Assembly (NCBI GenBank): GCA_029887765.1
Contig: JARXPF010000001.1
Location: forward strand, 488-64,487
Direction: 5' to 3'
Length of the DNA stretch: 64,000 bases
From: Thermoproteota archaeon
GTDB lineage: Archaea; Thermoproteota; Methanomethylicia; Methanomethylicales; Methanomethylicaceae
The notes under the pieces are model-generated. The model worked only from the letters and a program-made list of their open reading frames with translations, did no database searches and was not told the DNA's origin. The first letter of the stretch is position 1. Each line of letters starts with the position of its first letter. Both the position numbers and the translations under genes were made by a program. Positions 18,916 to 28,619 of this stretch are shown piece after piece.

Positions 18916-20291
18916 TTTTTTTGAGTTATAAGATTGATGAAATTACTAAAAGAGCTTTTGAAGGAAATTACATGGAAGAAAAGGACTTTGATATTCTTTT
19001 AATGAAAAAATGTAGAGAATTAGTAAAAGAATATGATATAAAATTTAATCCTAATGAAATTATTACAACTGATGATTCAATGGCTGATGATGTATTTGAA
19101 GCTGGTTTTAAATTATTTTTAGAATTAGGATTTTATTGTCAAACTACAAGAAGATGTATAAAATTTGATGAAAGTGAAATAAAATATGAATTAAAAAATT
19201 TACCAGAAAGTATTACTATTGGAGAAGGAAAAGATGCTGTAAAAATGTATTTAAGAAAAATTGAAGATAATAAACCTCCAATAATTCATAGTGGACCTAC
19301 AGGAACTCTTTGTAGTGAAGGCGATATTTATATAAAAACACTTAGAAGTTATGCTCAAGAATTAGTTATAGATTCTATTGGAGCTGGAACTTTAGCTACT
19401 ATAGATGGATTTAAAATAAGAAAAGGCACTCCTCAAGAATTTAGAGCTGCTAGAATTTTAGCAAGATGGGCTAGACAAGCTATAACTGATGCAGGAAGAC
19501 CTGGAATGCATATAAATGATATAGCAGTAGTCAGTCCTGAAGCTAAGATATGTGCTTTAGATCCATATAATGGTATACGTAAAACTGATGGATTAATAGT
19601 TGCTCAAATGGTTGAACTTAAAACTAGTTTTTCACATTTATCATTAGTAGAACATTTAATGAGTTATGGTTGTTTTATAGGAAATCTCATGACTCCAATT
19701 TTAGGAGGATATGCTGGAGGTCCTGAAGGAACTGCAATTGTTACTATTGCAGAACATTTAGCTGGAGTTCTATGCTATAATGCACATTATCATTATCTAA
19801 GCTTAACAAATGTTAAAAATTTAAATGGAACTGATAGAAGAGGATTATGGACAATAAGTATTGTTGGACAAGCTCTTGCAAGAAATACAAAAATAATGAG
19901 TGTTTTTGATTGTTATTGTGCTGCTGGACCAGGCACAGAGATTTTATTAAGAGAAGCAGCTGCAGGAGGTGTTGCTGCAACTGTAAGTGGATTACATTTA
20001 ATGGGATGTGGCTCATGTGGAGGAAAATTAATGGATCATGCAACTGGACTTGAAGCAAGATTATTAAAAGAAGTAGGTTTGGCTTCAACTGGAATGAAAA
20101 GGGAAAATGCTAATGATTTTCTAAATAAATGGATACCATTATATGAAGAATGGTTAGATATAACAAAAGCACCAAAAGGAAAAACTTTTCAAGAACTCTA
20201 TGACTTAACAGTAGTAAAACCAAAAGAAGAGTGGATGAATATTTATAATAAAATAAAAGAAGAATTAAAAGACTTTGGAATAATTATATAA
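18909..20291 (+). CDS. MtmB-family protein, paralog 2, also lacking pyrrolysine.
   Basis: 460 aa. N-terminal 37 aa are identical to paralog 1. Further blocks: PIIHSGPTGT, AGRPGM, ILGGYAGGPEGTAIV, GKTFQELYDLTVVKPKEEWM. Confidence 0.8.
   Translation: MVIFLSYKIDEITKRAFEGNYMEEKDFDILLMKKCRELVKEYDIKFNPNEIITTDDSMADDVFEAGFKLFLELGFYCQTTRRCIKFDESEIKYELKNLPESITIGEGKDAVKMYLRKIEDNKPPIIHSGPTGTLCSEGDIYIKTLRSYAQELVIDSIGAGTLATIDGFKIRKGTPQEFRAARILARWARQAITDAGRPGMHINDIAVVSPEAKICALDPYNGIRKTDGLIVAQMVELKTSFSHLSLVEHLMSYGCFIGNLMTPILGGYAGGPEGTAIVTIAEHLAGVLCYNAHYHYLSLTNVKNLNGTDRRGLWTISIVGQALARNTKIMSVFDCYCAAGPGTEILLREAAAGGVAATVSGLHLMGCGSCGGKLMDHATGLEARLLKEVGLASTGMKRENANDFLNKWIPLYEEWLDITKAPKGKTFQELYDLTVVKPKEEWMNIYNKIKEELKDFGIII
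19005..19115 (+). repeat. Second copy of the 111-nt identical tract (see 17641-17751).
   Basis: Identical nucleotide string. Confidence 0.9.
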
Positions 20292-20292
20292 A

Positions 20293-21225
20293 TTATTCTT
20301 TTAAAAATATAGATCCTAGAGAAGCTGGTCCTTTTGCTCTCCTTCCACCTATTAATAATGCTATAATTGCAACTGAATATGGAAGTATACTTAATAATTG
20401 ACTCATAGATGCTGATAAAGGACCTACAATTAATGTTCCAATCCATAATGAAAGTGCTTCAGTAAATCCAAATATTAGAGCTCCTCCAAAAGCTCCAATT
20501 GGATTCCATCTACCAAGAATTACGATAGATATTGCTACAAATCCTTTTGCTCCAGTTATTCTTACATCAAATACATTAAACATAGATATACATAACATTC
20601 CACCTGCCATTCCAACAAAAATTCCTTCTAAAATAAGAGCAATAAATCTTAATTTATCAACTTTAATTCCAAGTCTATAAGCTATACTAGGATCTTCTCC
20701 AATAGCTCTTAAACGAAGGCCAAAAGAAGTTTTAAATAATAAATAATAAACTATGGGAGTTGAAATAAAAGCAATATATACAAATATTGTTTGATTAAAG
20801 AAAATAGGTCCAATAATTGGTATTTGACTTAAAAATGGAATAGGAATAGGAGTTATTAATTCACTTAAATATGGTAATGCTCCTTGAGAGAATATATATC
20901 TAAAGAAATAAAGACAAAGACCATAAGTTAGTAAATTTATAGCTAATCCAGATATAACTTGATTTAAATTTAATTTTATAATTAAAAATCCAAAAATTAT
21001 TGCTATTAAAATTCCTCCAATAATTGCCATTAATAAGCCTATCCAAAGATTTTTAGTAAAATATGCTCCAATAAATCCTGAAAAAGCACCAATTAGCATA
21101 ATTCCTTCTATACCTAAATTTAAAATACCCCCTCTTTCAACAATTGTTTCTCCTAAAGAAGCTAAGATTAATACAGTAGAAGTAGCCATTGTTGTTGCTA
21201 AAAGTCCTATTATTAATTCTATCAT
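20293..21225 (-). CDS. ABC transporter permease (BMP/nucleoside-type uptake system, second permease).
   Basis: 310 aa polytopic protein, in an operon with a second permease, a duplicated ATPase and a BMP-family binding protein. Confidence 0.8.
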   Translation of the reverse strand: MIELIIGLLATTMATSTVLILASLGETIVERGGILNLGIEGIMLIGAFSGFIGAYFTKNLWIGLLMAIIGGILIAIIFGFLIIKLNLNQVISGLAINLLTYGLCLYFFRYIFSQGALPYLSELITPIPIPFLSQIPIIGPIFFNQTIFVYIAFISTPIVYYLLFKTSFGLRLRAIGEDPSIAYRLGIKVDKLRFIALILEGIFVGMAGGMLCISMFNVFDVRITGAKGFVAISIVILGRWNPIGAFGGALIFGFTEALSLWIGTLIVGPLSASMSQLLSILPYSVAIIALLIGGRRAKGPASLGSIFLKE

Positions 21226-22256
21226 GTTTTAATCACCTCTCTTTTCTCTAAATATCTTAAAATTATTTCAGATGCTAATACCATTATTATTAACATTCCT
21301 TGAATAAAATCTACAATTCCTTGTGGTTGATTTAATATTCTAGACATTGTAGAAGCTCCATTAATTATAGCAGCAATAAATATAGAAGCAAGTGTTATTC
21401 CAATTGGATGATTTTGACCTAAAAGTGCTATTACTATTCCAGTATATCCATAACCAGGAGATATTGTTGGTCTCATTCTATATTGAATTCCAGCTACTTC
21501 AAAAAATCCAGCCATTCCTGCTAAAGCTCCACTAATTACTAATGCCATGAATATTGTAGTACTAACACTTATTCCACTATATTTAGCAGCTTCAGGATTT
21601 TCTCCTACTACTTTTAATTTAAAACCAAAAGTTGTTTTCATCATTAGAAAGTAAATCAATGGAAGTATTATAATAAAAGTAATTAATATTCCTAAATGAA
21701 AACGTGTATGATTAATTATAATTGGAAAAATAGCAGAATAAGGAATTCTCGAAGATTCTGGAAATAATGTTTCTGGACTTTTAAAAGGAAAAGCTAATAA
21801 CCATTGAACTAAATTTATTGCAACATAATTCATTAAAAATGTTGTTATTACTTCATTAATTCCAAGTTTAGCTTTCATAAAAGCAGGTATAGAAGCCCAA
21901 GCCGCCCCTCCTAAAATTGAAAAAATTATTGCAATAGGTAAAGTTAAAAAAAATTCACCCATAAATAGAGCTGCTATTGTTCCTAACATAGCACCTATAT
22001 ATAACTGACCTTCAGCACCAATATTCCATACTTTACATTTAAAAGATATTGCCAATCCTAAAGAAATTAATAATATAGGAGATGTTCTCACAAGAGTTTC
22101 AATTATTAATAATTCATTTCCAAATGCTCCATGAAATATATAATAAAATGCAAGAAAAGGATTAGCTCCTGTGAATATAAATAAAATTGATGTTGCTAAA
22201 AAAGTTAAAGCAATTGCTAATACTGCTCTATAAAGTGGTTTTAAGTTTAATTCCAT
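21222..22256 (-). CDS. ABC transporter permease.
   Basis: 344 aa polytopic protein whose stop overlaps the downstream permease start. Confidence 0.8.
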   Translation of the reverse strand: MELNLKPLYRAVLAIALTFLATSILFIFTGANPFLAFYYIFHGAFGNELLIIETLVRTSPILLISLGLAISFKCKVWNIGAEGQLYIGAMLGTIAALFMGEFFLTLPIAIIFSILGGAAWASIPAFMKAKLGINEVITTFLMNYVAINLVQWLLAFPFKSPETLFPESSRIPYSAIFPIIINHTRFHLGILITFIIILPLIYFLMMKTTFGFKLKVVGENPEAAKYSGISVSTTIFMALVISGALAGMAGFFEVAGIQYRMRPTISPGYGYTGIVIALLGQNHPIGITLASIFIAAIINGASTMSRILNQPQGIVDFIQGMLIIMVLASEIILRYLEKREVIKT

Positions 22257-22264
22257 TTAATCAC

Positions 22265-23785
22265 CTAAATAATTCCAAGCATTAATTTTGAAATTTCATG
22301 TATATCAATATTATTCCTATTAAATTCTCCAACTATTCTACCATTAAACATAACAAGAATTCTATCACTTAATTTTAAAATTTCATCTAAATCTGCAGAA
22401 ATTAAAAGAATACCAATTCCTTTAGTTTTTAAATCAAATAGTATTTGATGTAGAATTTCTGTAGATTTTACATCAAGACCTGCACTTGGATTTTCAGCTA
22501 TTAATACTTTAGCATGATTAGAAAGTTCTCTTGCAACAATAATTTTTTGAATATTTCCACCTGAAAGATTTCTTACTGCAATTTGAGTATTTGGAGTCAC
22601 AATTCCAAAAATATTTATTAAATTTTTAGCAAAATTTTCTATCATATTTTTATTCATAATTATGTTTTTGCTATAGGGAGGTTTATCAAAACTTTTAAGT
22701 ATTAAATTTTCAGCTACACTTAGATTAAGAACTACTCCTCTATTCAATCGATCTTCTGGTATGTAAGCAATTCCATTTCTTATTATAAATTTTGGTGATT
22801 TATTTATTAATTCATTATTTTTAAAAAATATTGAACCAGATTCTGCTTTTCTAAGTCCAGTTAATGCTTCAACAAGCTCTTTTTGACCATTTCCAGCAAC
22901 TCCTGCTATTCCAAGAATTTCACCTGCATAAAGAGTAAAACTAACATCATTTACAGCTACTTCTTTTCTATCTCCTAATACTTTCAAATTCTTTACTATT
23001 AATAAAGGCTCTCCTAAATGAGATTCTTGAAATTTAAAAGTAGGACGTGTTTCTCCAACAATTAAAAAAGCTAATTCATCTTCATTAGTTTCACTTGGAA
23101 TAAGAGTTTTTATAACTTTACCTTTTCTCATAATAGTAATTCTATCACTTATAGAAAGAGCTTCTTTAACTTTATGAGTTATTAAAATTATTGATTTACC
23201 CATGGATTTTAATTTTCTTATCATATTAAATAATTCTTTAACTTCTATTGGTGTAAGAACTGAAGTAGGTTCATCAAATATTAAAATATCTGCATCTTGA
23301 CATAATATTTTAATAATTTCTACTCTTTGTCTTATTCCAACAGGTAATTCTTCTATTTTTGCATCTGGATTTATATTTAAATTAAGAGAAGAAGAAATTT
23401 CTTCTATTTTCTTTTTTACTTCTTCTAAATCTAATTTAAATTTTAATGGAAGAGATAATGCAATATTTTCAACAACTGTAAATGATGGAATAAGAGTAAA
23501 ATGTTGATGTACTACTCCAATTTTTAAATTAATAGCATCTATTGGATTTTTAATATTAACTTTTTTTCCATTTACATATATTTCACCTGAATCTGGAGTA
23601 ATACAACCAGAAATTATTTTTATAAGTGTAGTTTTTCCTGCACCATTTTCTCCTAATATTGAATGAATTTCTCCTTTAATTAATGAAAAAGAAACATTAT
23701 CATTTGCAATTACTCCATTTGGATAAACTTTTCTAATATCTTTTACATATAAAACAATATCATTAGAAAAAAAAGGATTTGACAT
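22265..23785 (-). CDS. ABC transporter ATP-binding protein with two fused nucleotide-binding domains.
   Basis: 506 aa. Two Walker A motifs (GENGAGKTTL, GVAGNGQ) and two LSGG signatures. Confidence 0.9.
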   Translation of the reverse strand: MSNPFFSNDIVLYVKDIRKVYPNGVIANDNVSFSLIKGEIHSILGENGAGKTTLIKIISGCITPDSGEIYVNGKKVNIKNPIDAINLKIGVVHQHFTLIPSFTVVENIALSLPLKFKLDLEEVKKKIEEISSSLNLNINPDAKIEELPVGIRQRVEIIKILCQDADILIFDEPTSVLTPIEVKELFNMIRKLKSMGKSIILITHKVKEALSISDRITIMRKGKVIKTLIPSETNEDELAFLIVGETRPTFKFQESHLGEPLLIVKNLKVLGDRKEVAVNDVSFTLYAGEILGIAGVAGNGQKELVEALTGLRKAESGSIFFKNNELINKSPKFIIRNGIAYIPEDRLNRGVVLNLSVAENLILKSFDKPPYSKNIIMNKNMIENFAKNLINIFGIVTPNTQIAVRNLSGGNIQKIIVARELSNHAKVLIAENPSAGLDVKSTEILHQILFDLKTKGIGILLISADLDEILKLSDRILVMFNGRIVGEFNRNNIDIHEISKLMLGII

Positions 23786-23796
23786 TAATGTGTCAC

Positions 23797-24834
23797 CTAA
23801 GGCTTAGGTTCAGTAAATTTTGGTACAGATATTGGAACAAGCTCTCCATCTACAATCCATTTTACTTTTTCATTAATAATTTCATTTACTAAATTATCAG
23901 CAAAAGCTTTTACTTCAGGGAATTTATTAGCAAAAGCTTCATTCCAAATAAATTTTGCACCCCCAGTCTTCATTGTTGTATAGTATATTCCTGCTGGATA
24001 TTTGCCAGTTCTTGCACCTTCTATTAAAGTCTTAACCATGGGATACAAATCCCAAACTACACTACCAATTACTACATCTGGTGCAAGTGCATTTTGATCT
24101 TCAATATTACCAAAAGCATATGCAAGTATTTTTCCAGTAACAGGATCTTTACAAGCTTCAAATACACCATATCTCTCAGCATAAATTACATCAACACCAG
24201 CACTTATTAAAGCAGATGCAGCAATTTTTGCAGCATTTGGATCATACCATGAATTAATATAAGATATATAAATCTTTATATCAGGATTTACTGATTTTGC
24301 ACCTTCTATAAATCCATTTAATAAATTATTTACATCTCCTACACCAGGAAAAGCTGTCACAATACCAAGTTTATTAGTTTGAGTAATTTTTGCAGCAATT
24401 GCTCCTGCTACATATGCTGCTTCTTGTATGTAATAGTCATAAAGAACTAAATTCTTTCCAAAGTTTTTACAAAGACCTGAACCTTGAGCAAAGTATACAT
24501 TTGGAAATTGTGGAGCTAATCTATCTGTAGTTTCCCAAAAGCCCCAACTATGTGGAATTATTAAATTATATCCATGAGTAATATATTCTCTTATTACTCT
24601 TTCAACATCAGCTTCACTTACTCTTTCAGAATAGCTATATTGAACATCCAATTCTTTACTTGCTTTTTGAAGAGCTTTATGCAATATTTGATTCCATGTT
24701 TCTTCTAATGGTGTAACATATATTGCAGCAACTTTGAATTTTTGTAATGGTATAATTATATTTGTATGTGCGTATATTCCACCAGCAATTATTGCTATGA
24801 TGATTAAAATTATTAATATTGTTGTAGTTTTCAT
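23797..24834 (-). CDS. BMP-family (basic membrane protein / PnrA-Med-like) ABC substrate-binding lipoprotein.
   Basis: 345 aa with an N-terminal signal/TM segment. BMP-family blocks: KVAAIYVTP, DVIYAERYGVFEA. Confidence 0.75.
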   Translation of the reverse strand: MKTTTILIILIIIAIIAGGIYAHTNIIIPLQKFKVAAIYVTPLEETWNQILHKALQKASKELDVQYSYSERVSEADVERVIREYITHGYNLIIPHSWGFWETTDRLAPQFPNVYFAQGSGLCKNFGKNLVLYDYYIQEAAYVAGAIAAKITQTNKLGIVTAFPGVGDVNNLLNGFIEGAKSVNPDIKIYISYINSWYDPNAAKIAASALISAGVDVIYAERYGVFEACKDPVTGKILAYAFGNIEDQNALAPDVVIGSVVWDLYPMVKTLIEGARTGKYPAGIYYTTMKTGGAKFIWNEAFANKFPEVKAFADNLVNEIINEKVKWIVDGELVPISVPKFTEPKP

Positions 24835-24909
24835 AATTCCTCAATACTTTTTTTATACTAACTTATATAAAAATTTTCTTGTCTTTATTACTCAAATTGA
24901 TGTAAACAT

Positions 24910-25668
24910 TTAAAAAATATTAAATATTTTTTTAGTATTATGAGTAGTAATTCTATCTACTTCATTCTCAGGAATTTTCTTAATCTCTGCTACTTTTTTT
25001 AATGCATATATTAAATTAGCAGGTTCATTTATTGTACCTCTTATGGGTGATAAAACTGGAGAATCTGTTTCTAAGACTATATATTCAATAGGAATAGATT
25101 TAACAAGTTTTTGTTTCTGTTGAGAAAATGTAACAGAAGTTGGTATGGAAAAATAAAAACCTCTTTTTATTGCTTCTTTTGCATAACTAGTTTTACCATC
25201 AAAAGCATGCATAATTACTTTATTTGCATTTTCAGAATAAAGTACTTCCAAAGCTCTGCGTCCAGCACTTCTAGAATGAACAATTATTGGTAAATTTTTT
25301 CTTAAAGCTAATCTTATACTTCTTCTAAAAAATTCTTCTTGAATTTTTCTTTGTTTTTCATCTCTTATGTAATAATAATCTAATCCAACTTCTCCTATTC
25401 CAATAATTGATTCACTTTCTACTAAAGATTCAAATTTTGAAAATTCTTCTTCTGATAAAATTGTAGGATCAAAACCAATAGTAAGAAGTAAAAATCCAGA
25501 ATATTGAGAAATTATTTCTTTTGCTCTCTTAATTTCAGAAGGTTCTGTTATTGAGACAATTATATATTCTATTCCAACATCCTTTGCTCTTTTAACTATT
25601 TCTGAAATATCTTGAAATTCTGTTAAATGTGCATGTACATCTATCATAATAATCCATATAAACTTCAA
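24910..25668 (-). CDS. TatD-family metal-dependent hydrolase (DNase).
   Basis: 252 aa. MIDVHAHL and the internal His/Asp/Glu motifs of the TIM-barrel amidohydrolase TatD family. Confidence 0.8.
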   Translation of the reverse strand: MKFIWIIMIDVHAHLTEFQDISEIVKRAKDVGIEYIIVSITEPSEIKRAKEIISQYSGFLLLTIGFDPTILSEEEFSKFESLVESESIIGIGEVGLDYYYIRDEKQRKIQEEFFRRSIRLALRKNLPIIVHSRSAGRRALEVLYSENANKVIMHAFDGKTSYAKEAIKRGFYFSIPTSVTFSQQKQKLVKSIPIEYIVLETDSPVLSPIRGTINEPANLIYALKKVAEIKKIPENEVDRITTHNTKKIFNIF

Positions 25669-25690
25669 AAATATTAATTCTACTGAGAAT

Positions 25691-26587
25691 ATGATAATTA
25701 CAATAACTATACCTTTTCCAAAGGATTGGGGTATTGGAGAAGATACTCATTCTTATTTATTAAAATATGATAAAGGAGCATTATTAATAGATACTGGATT
25801 AGATTGTGAAGAAAATAGAAAATTAATTAAAAATAAATTAAGAGAATTAAATATTAAAAATTTAGACTATATTTTAATAACACATGGACATATTGATCAT
25901 TTTAATTTAGCAAAATATTTACAAGAAGAAACAGGTGCAGAAATATTAATTCATGAATATGATGGAGATTTGCTCAAGGATTATAGAAATGCATTAAAAT
26001 GGTTTGATGAAAACTATGATTTATTAATTGAAGGAGGATATGATGAAGGAGAATTAAAAATAATAAAAAATAAAATGTTAATGGTAATAGAAATGTTAAA
26101 AATGCCAGAATATTATAAAACATTTAAGAATTTGGACTTAGATCTTGGTAATTTTAAATTAAAATCTATTAATTTACCAGGGCATACTTTGGGAAGTGTA
26201 GGATATATTTTAGAAAATATTATTTTTTCAGGAGATGTAGCTATTGAAGGAACTACTGTAGTAGAAAATCTTAGAATGGAATTTAATTCTCTTCAAAAAT
26301 TAAAATGTTTTAATTATATATTTCCTGCACATAAAAAAACTCCTTTAATAAGAAAAGATATTGAAGAACTTGAGAGACATTTTATTAATAGATTAGAAGA
26401 AATTTTAAGAATTTTAAAAAATGGTATGAGACTTAGAGAGATGGTTAATAAAATATATGGAGAAGAAGGACAATTTAGAACTATTCTCAAATTAAGAAAT
26501 TTATTATCATATATTAAATTTTTAGAAGAAGAAGGTTATGTAATGAAAAATGGTCCTTTATGGATTTCATTAAAAGATGAGCTTTAA
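25691..26587 (+). CDS. MBL-fold metallo-hydrolase.
   Basis: 298 aa with ITHGHIDH (HxHxDH) and the downstream His/Asp ligands. Confidence 0.8.
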   Translation: MIITITIPFPKDWGIGEDTHSYLLKYDKGALLIDTGLDCEENRKLIKNKLRELNIKNLDYILITHGHIDHFNLAKYLQEETGAEILIHEYDGDLLKDYRNALKWFDENYDLLIEGGYDEGELKIIKNKMLMVIEMLKMPEYYKTFKNLDLDLGNFKLKSINLPGHTLGSVGYILENIIFSGDVAIEGTTVVENLRMEFNSLQKLKCFNYIFPAHKKTPLIRKDIEELERHFINRLEEILRILKNGMRLREMVNKIYGEEGQFRTILKLRNLLSYIKFLEEEGYVMKNGPLWISLKDEL

Positions 26588-26612
26588 TAGTATTTATTTT
26601 AAATAAAATATT

Positions 26613-27062
26613 ATGGAATTACTTGATAGTATTGATATTAATATACTAAGAGAGCTTCAAGAAAATTGTAGAGTTAGTTATAGAGATATAGCAAATAAAT
26701 TAGGAATTTCCATTGGAACTATTCATAATAGAATTAAAAGAATGAAAGATCTTGGAATTATAAAAGGATTTTCAGTAATACTAGACTCTGAAAAAATGGG
26801 ATATGAATTAACAGCTATAATATTAATACAAGTAGATGGAGGATATATTTTAGATGTAGAAAGAACTTTAGCAAATTCAAGACCAGTAATTGCAGTTTAT
26901 GATATAACAGGAGATTTCGATATAATAGTAATTGCAAAATTTAAAAGTCGAGAAGAATTGAATACTTTCATAAAAGATGTTTTAAAAATACCTCATGTTA
27001 AAAGAACTGTTACTAGTATTGCACTTAACATAGTTAAGGAAAAGATTATAGTGAGTATTTAG
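26613..27062 (+). CDS. Lrp/AsnC-family protein (transcriptional regulator; an AhbA/B-like siroheme decarboxylase subunit cannot be excluded).
   Basis: 149 aa. N-terminal HTH DINILRELQENCRVSYRDIANKLGIS.GTIHNRIKRM plus a C-terminal RAM-like domain. Confidence 0.7.
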   Translation: MELLDSIDINILRELQENCRVSYRDIANKLGISIGTIHNRIKRMKDLGIIKGFSVILDSEKMGYELTAIILIQVDGGYILDVERTLANSRPVIAVYDITGDFDIIVIAKFKSREELNTFIKDVLKIPHVKRTVTSIALNIVKEKIIVSI

Positions 27063-28050
27063 TAGTACTTTTAATTGGTTTAATAAGTGGACATAATGGA
27101 TCAGGCATTGTTGGATCATTGTATATTGCATTAGCTCTAGCATGACATCCTCCAATACATACTTCTAAATATTTACAATCTTTACAAATATTATTTAATA
27201 ATTTTGGAAAAGAAAGTTTTTTAACAAGTTCATGTTCTAAGTATTTATTCCAAGCTTCTTTAACACCATCTAAAATATTACAAACTTTTATGTTTAAACT
27301 ATCACATATCATTACACTTCCATCAGGTGCAATATCCAAAGCTTCTTTTATCATACATGGACATATGGTTACTCTTTTTGTTTTAATAATTGCAGAAAGA
27401 AATGGTGCACACCATACTTCTACATTGAATTTTAATTCCTCAGCTATTTGATCTACTGAAATAATAGCATTTTTGATTATATTTGATGTAGGAAGAATTG
27501 ATACATCAGCTCTACCAATTGGTATTAATGGTATTAATGCAGCACCTACAGCACCTATATTAAAACATAATTTTACATATTCTACAATTTCATTATAATT
27601 CAATTTATTTATTGTCATTATTGGTCTAATATTAGCACCAAATGCCTTTATTTTCCTTATTTTTTCTAATAATAATTCAAAATAAGGTCCTCTAATTTTA
27701 GTAAAAGTATCCTTAGTAACACCATCTATGCTTACTTGAACTTCTACATCTTTTCTAGCAAAAAGTCGCATGAGATTTGAACTTAATGTTAATGCATTAG
27801 TTACAACACTTAATTCAAAACCATAATCATATGCTTCAGATATAAGAATGGGCAAATCTTTTCTTAAAGTTGGTTCTCCACCAGTAAAGGATATGTGATT
27901 TGCGTTTATTTCTATAAGACCTTTAATTACTTTTATAGCATCTTCTGTAGAAAGTTCATTTAAATCATTAAAACGAGAAGCATAACAATGTCTACATTTT
28001 AAATCACATTTACCAGTTATGAGCCATACAACAAGATTACAATTATTCAT
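27046..28050 (-). CDS. Radical SAM enzyme with a C-terminal SPASM/twitch Cys-rich domain (AhbC/D- or maturase-like).
   Basis: 334 aa. N-terminal CDLKCRHC (CxxxCxxC) and C-terminal CPC...C..C...C..C...GGCHA. Confidence 0.75.
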   Translation of the reverse strand: MNNCNLVVWLITGKCDLKCRHCYASRFNDLNELSTEDAIKVIKGLIEINANHISFTGGEPTLRKDLPILISEAYDYGFELSVVTNALTLSSNLMRLFARKDVEVQVSIDGVTKDTFTKIRGPYFELLLEKIRKIKAFGANIRPIMTINKLNYNEIVEYVKLCFNIGAVGAALIPLIPIGRADVSILPTSNIIKNAIISVDQIAEELKFNVEVWCAPFLSAIIKTKRVTICPCMIKEALDIAPDGSVMICDSLNIKVCNILDGVKEAWNKYLEHELVKKLSFPKLLNNICKDCKYLEVCIGGCHARANAIYNDPTMPDPLCPLIKPIKSTTKYSL

Positions 28051-28111
28051 AAATATTCACCTTAAAATAATTTTTAGATAATTCCTTAGAAGAATTACAG
28101 TTATTTATTCA

Positions 28112-28564
28112 TTACTTATTTATTGTATTTATTATTGTTTCATAGATTATGGCTTTTAAATCTTTTTGAATAAAATTCTTATTCTTAATAATAGGAGATA
28201 ATCTTACATATATTGTTCTTGGATTTAAGTTTGATATAATAACATATTGACCAAAAGCATCTTTTATAGATTCAGTTATAAGAGGTATAATTTTATTAAT
28301 TAAATGTGTTTTACCTCTAATTTCATATGATAAAATTTCTGCAGTTGCTGGATCAACAAGGGAAATTCTATCTATAATATCAGCTAAAATAGAGTCAATT
28401 GTTATTTCAAGTTCCCATAAATCAATTACACCTTCATATGAATTTTTTGGAAATGCTCTTGAAAATATATAAGAAGATATTCTCTCACAAGCTTCAAAAA
28501 TTGCTATTTCTACTTCTAATTTTGTAATAGACTCACGTCTTTTTAAATGAGAATATTTTGTCAA
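28112..28564 (-). CDS. Hypothetical protein.
   Basis: 150 aa ORF with no recognisable motif. Confidence 0.35.
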   Translation of the reverse strand: MTKYSHLKRRESITKLEVEIAIFEACERISSYIFSRAFPKNSYEGVIDLWELEITIDSILADIIDRISLVDPATAEILSYEIRGKTHLINKIIPLITESIKDAFGQYVIISNLNPRTIYVRLSPIIKNKNFIQKDLKAIIYETIINTINK

Positions 28565-28619
28565 GATCTAACCTCAATCAAATAAAAATTTATTAAAACT
28601 TATTCAAAAAGTTTATGGA

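Noticed and set aside
19813-20088. Leu/Gln-rich minus-strand ORFs. This one, 17340-17531, 35843-36025, 36839-37081, 51246-51500 and 55900-56103 all show poly-L or poly-Q runs.
   Set aside because: All lie antisense or out of frame within well-supported genes. Low-complexity runs of this kind are typical AT-rich shadow ORFs.
17557-20291. Possibility that the mtmB homologs encode pyrrolysine via an in-frame UAG.
   Set aside because: Both reading frames are continuous for 452 and 460 aa, with sense codons throughout. In paralog 1 an Ile codon occupies the aligned Pyl position; the alignment is loose in paralog 2.
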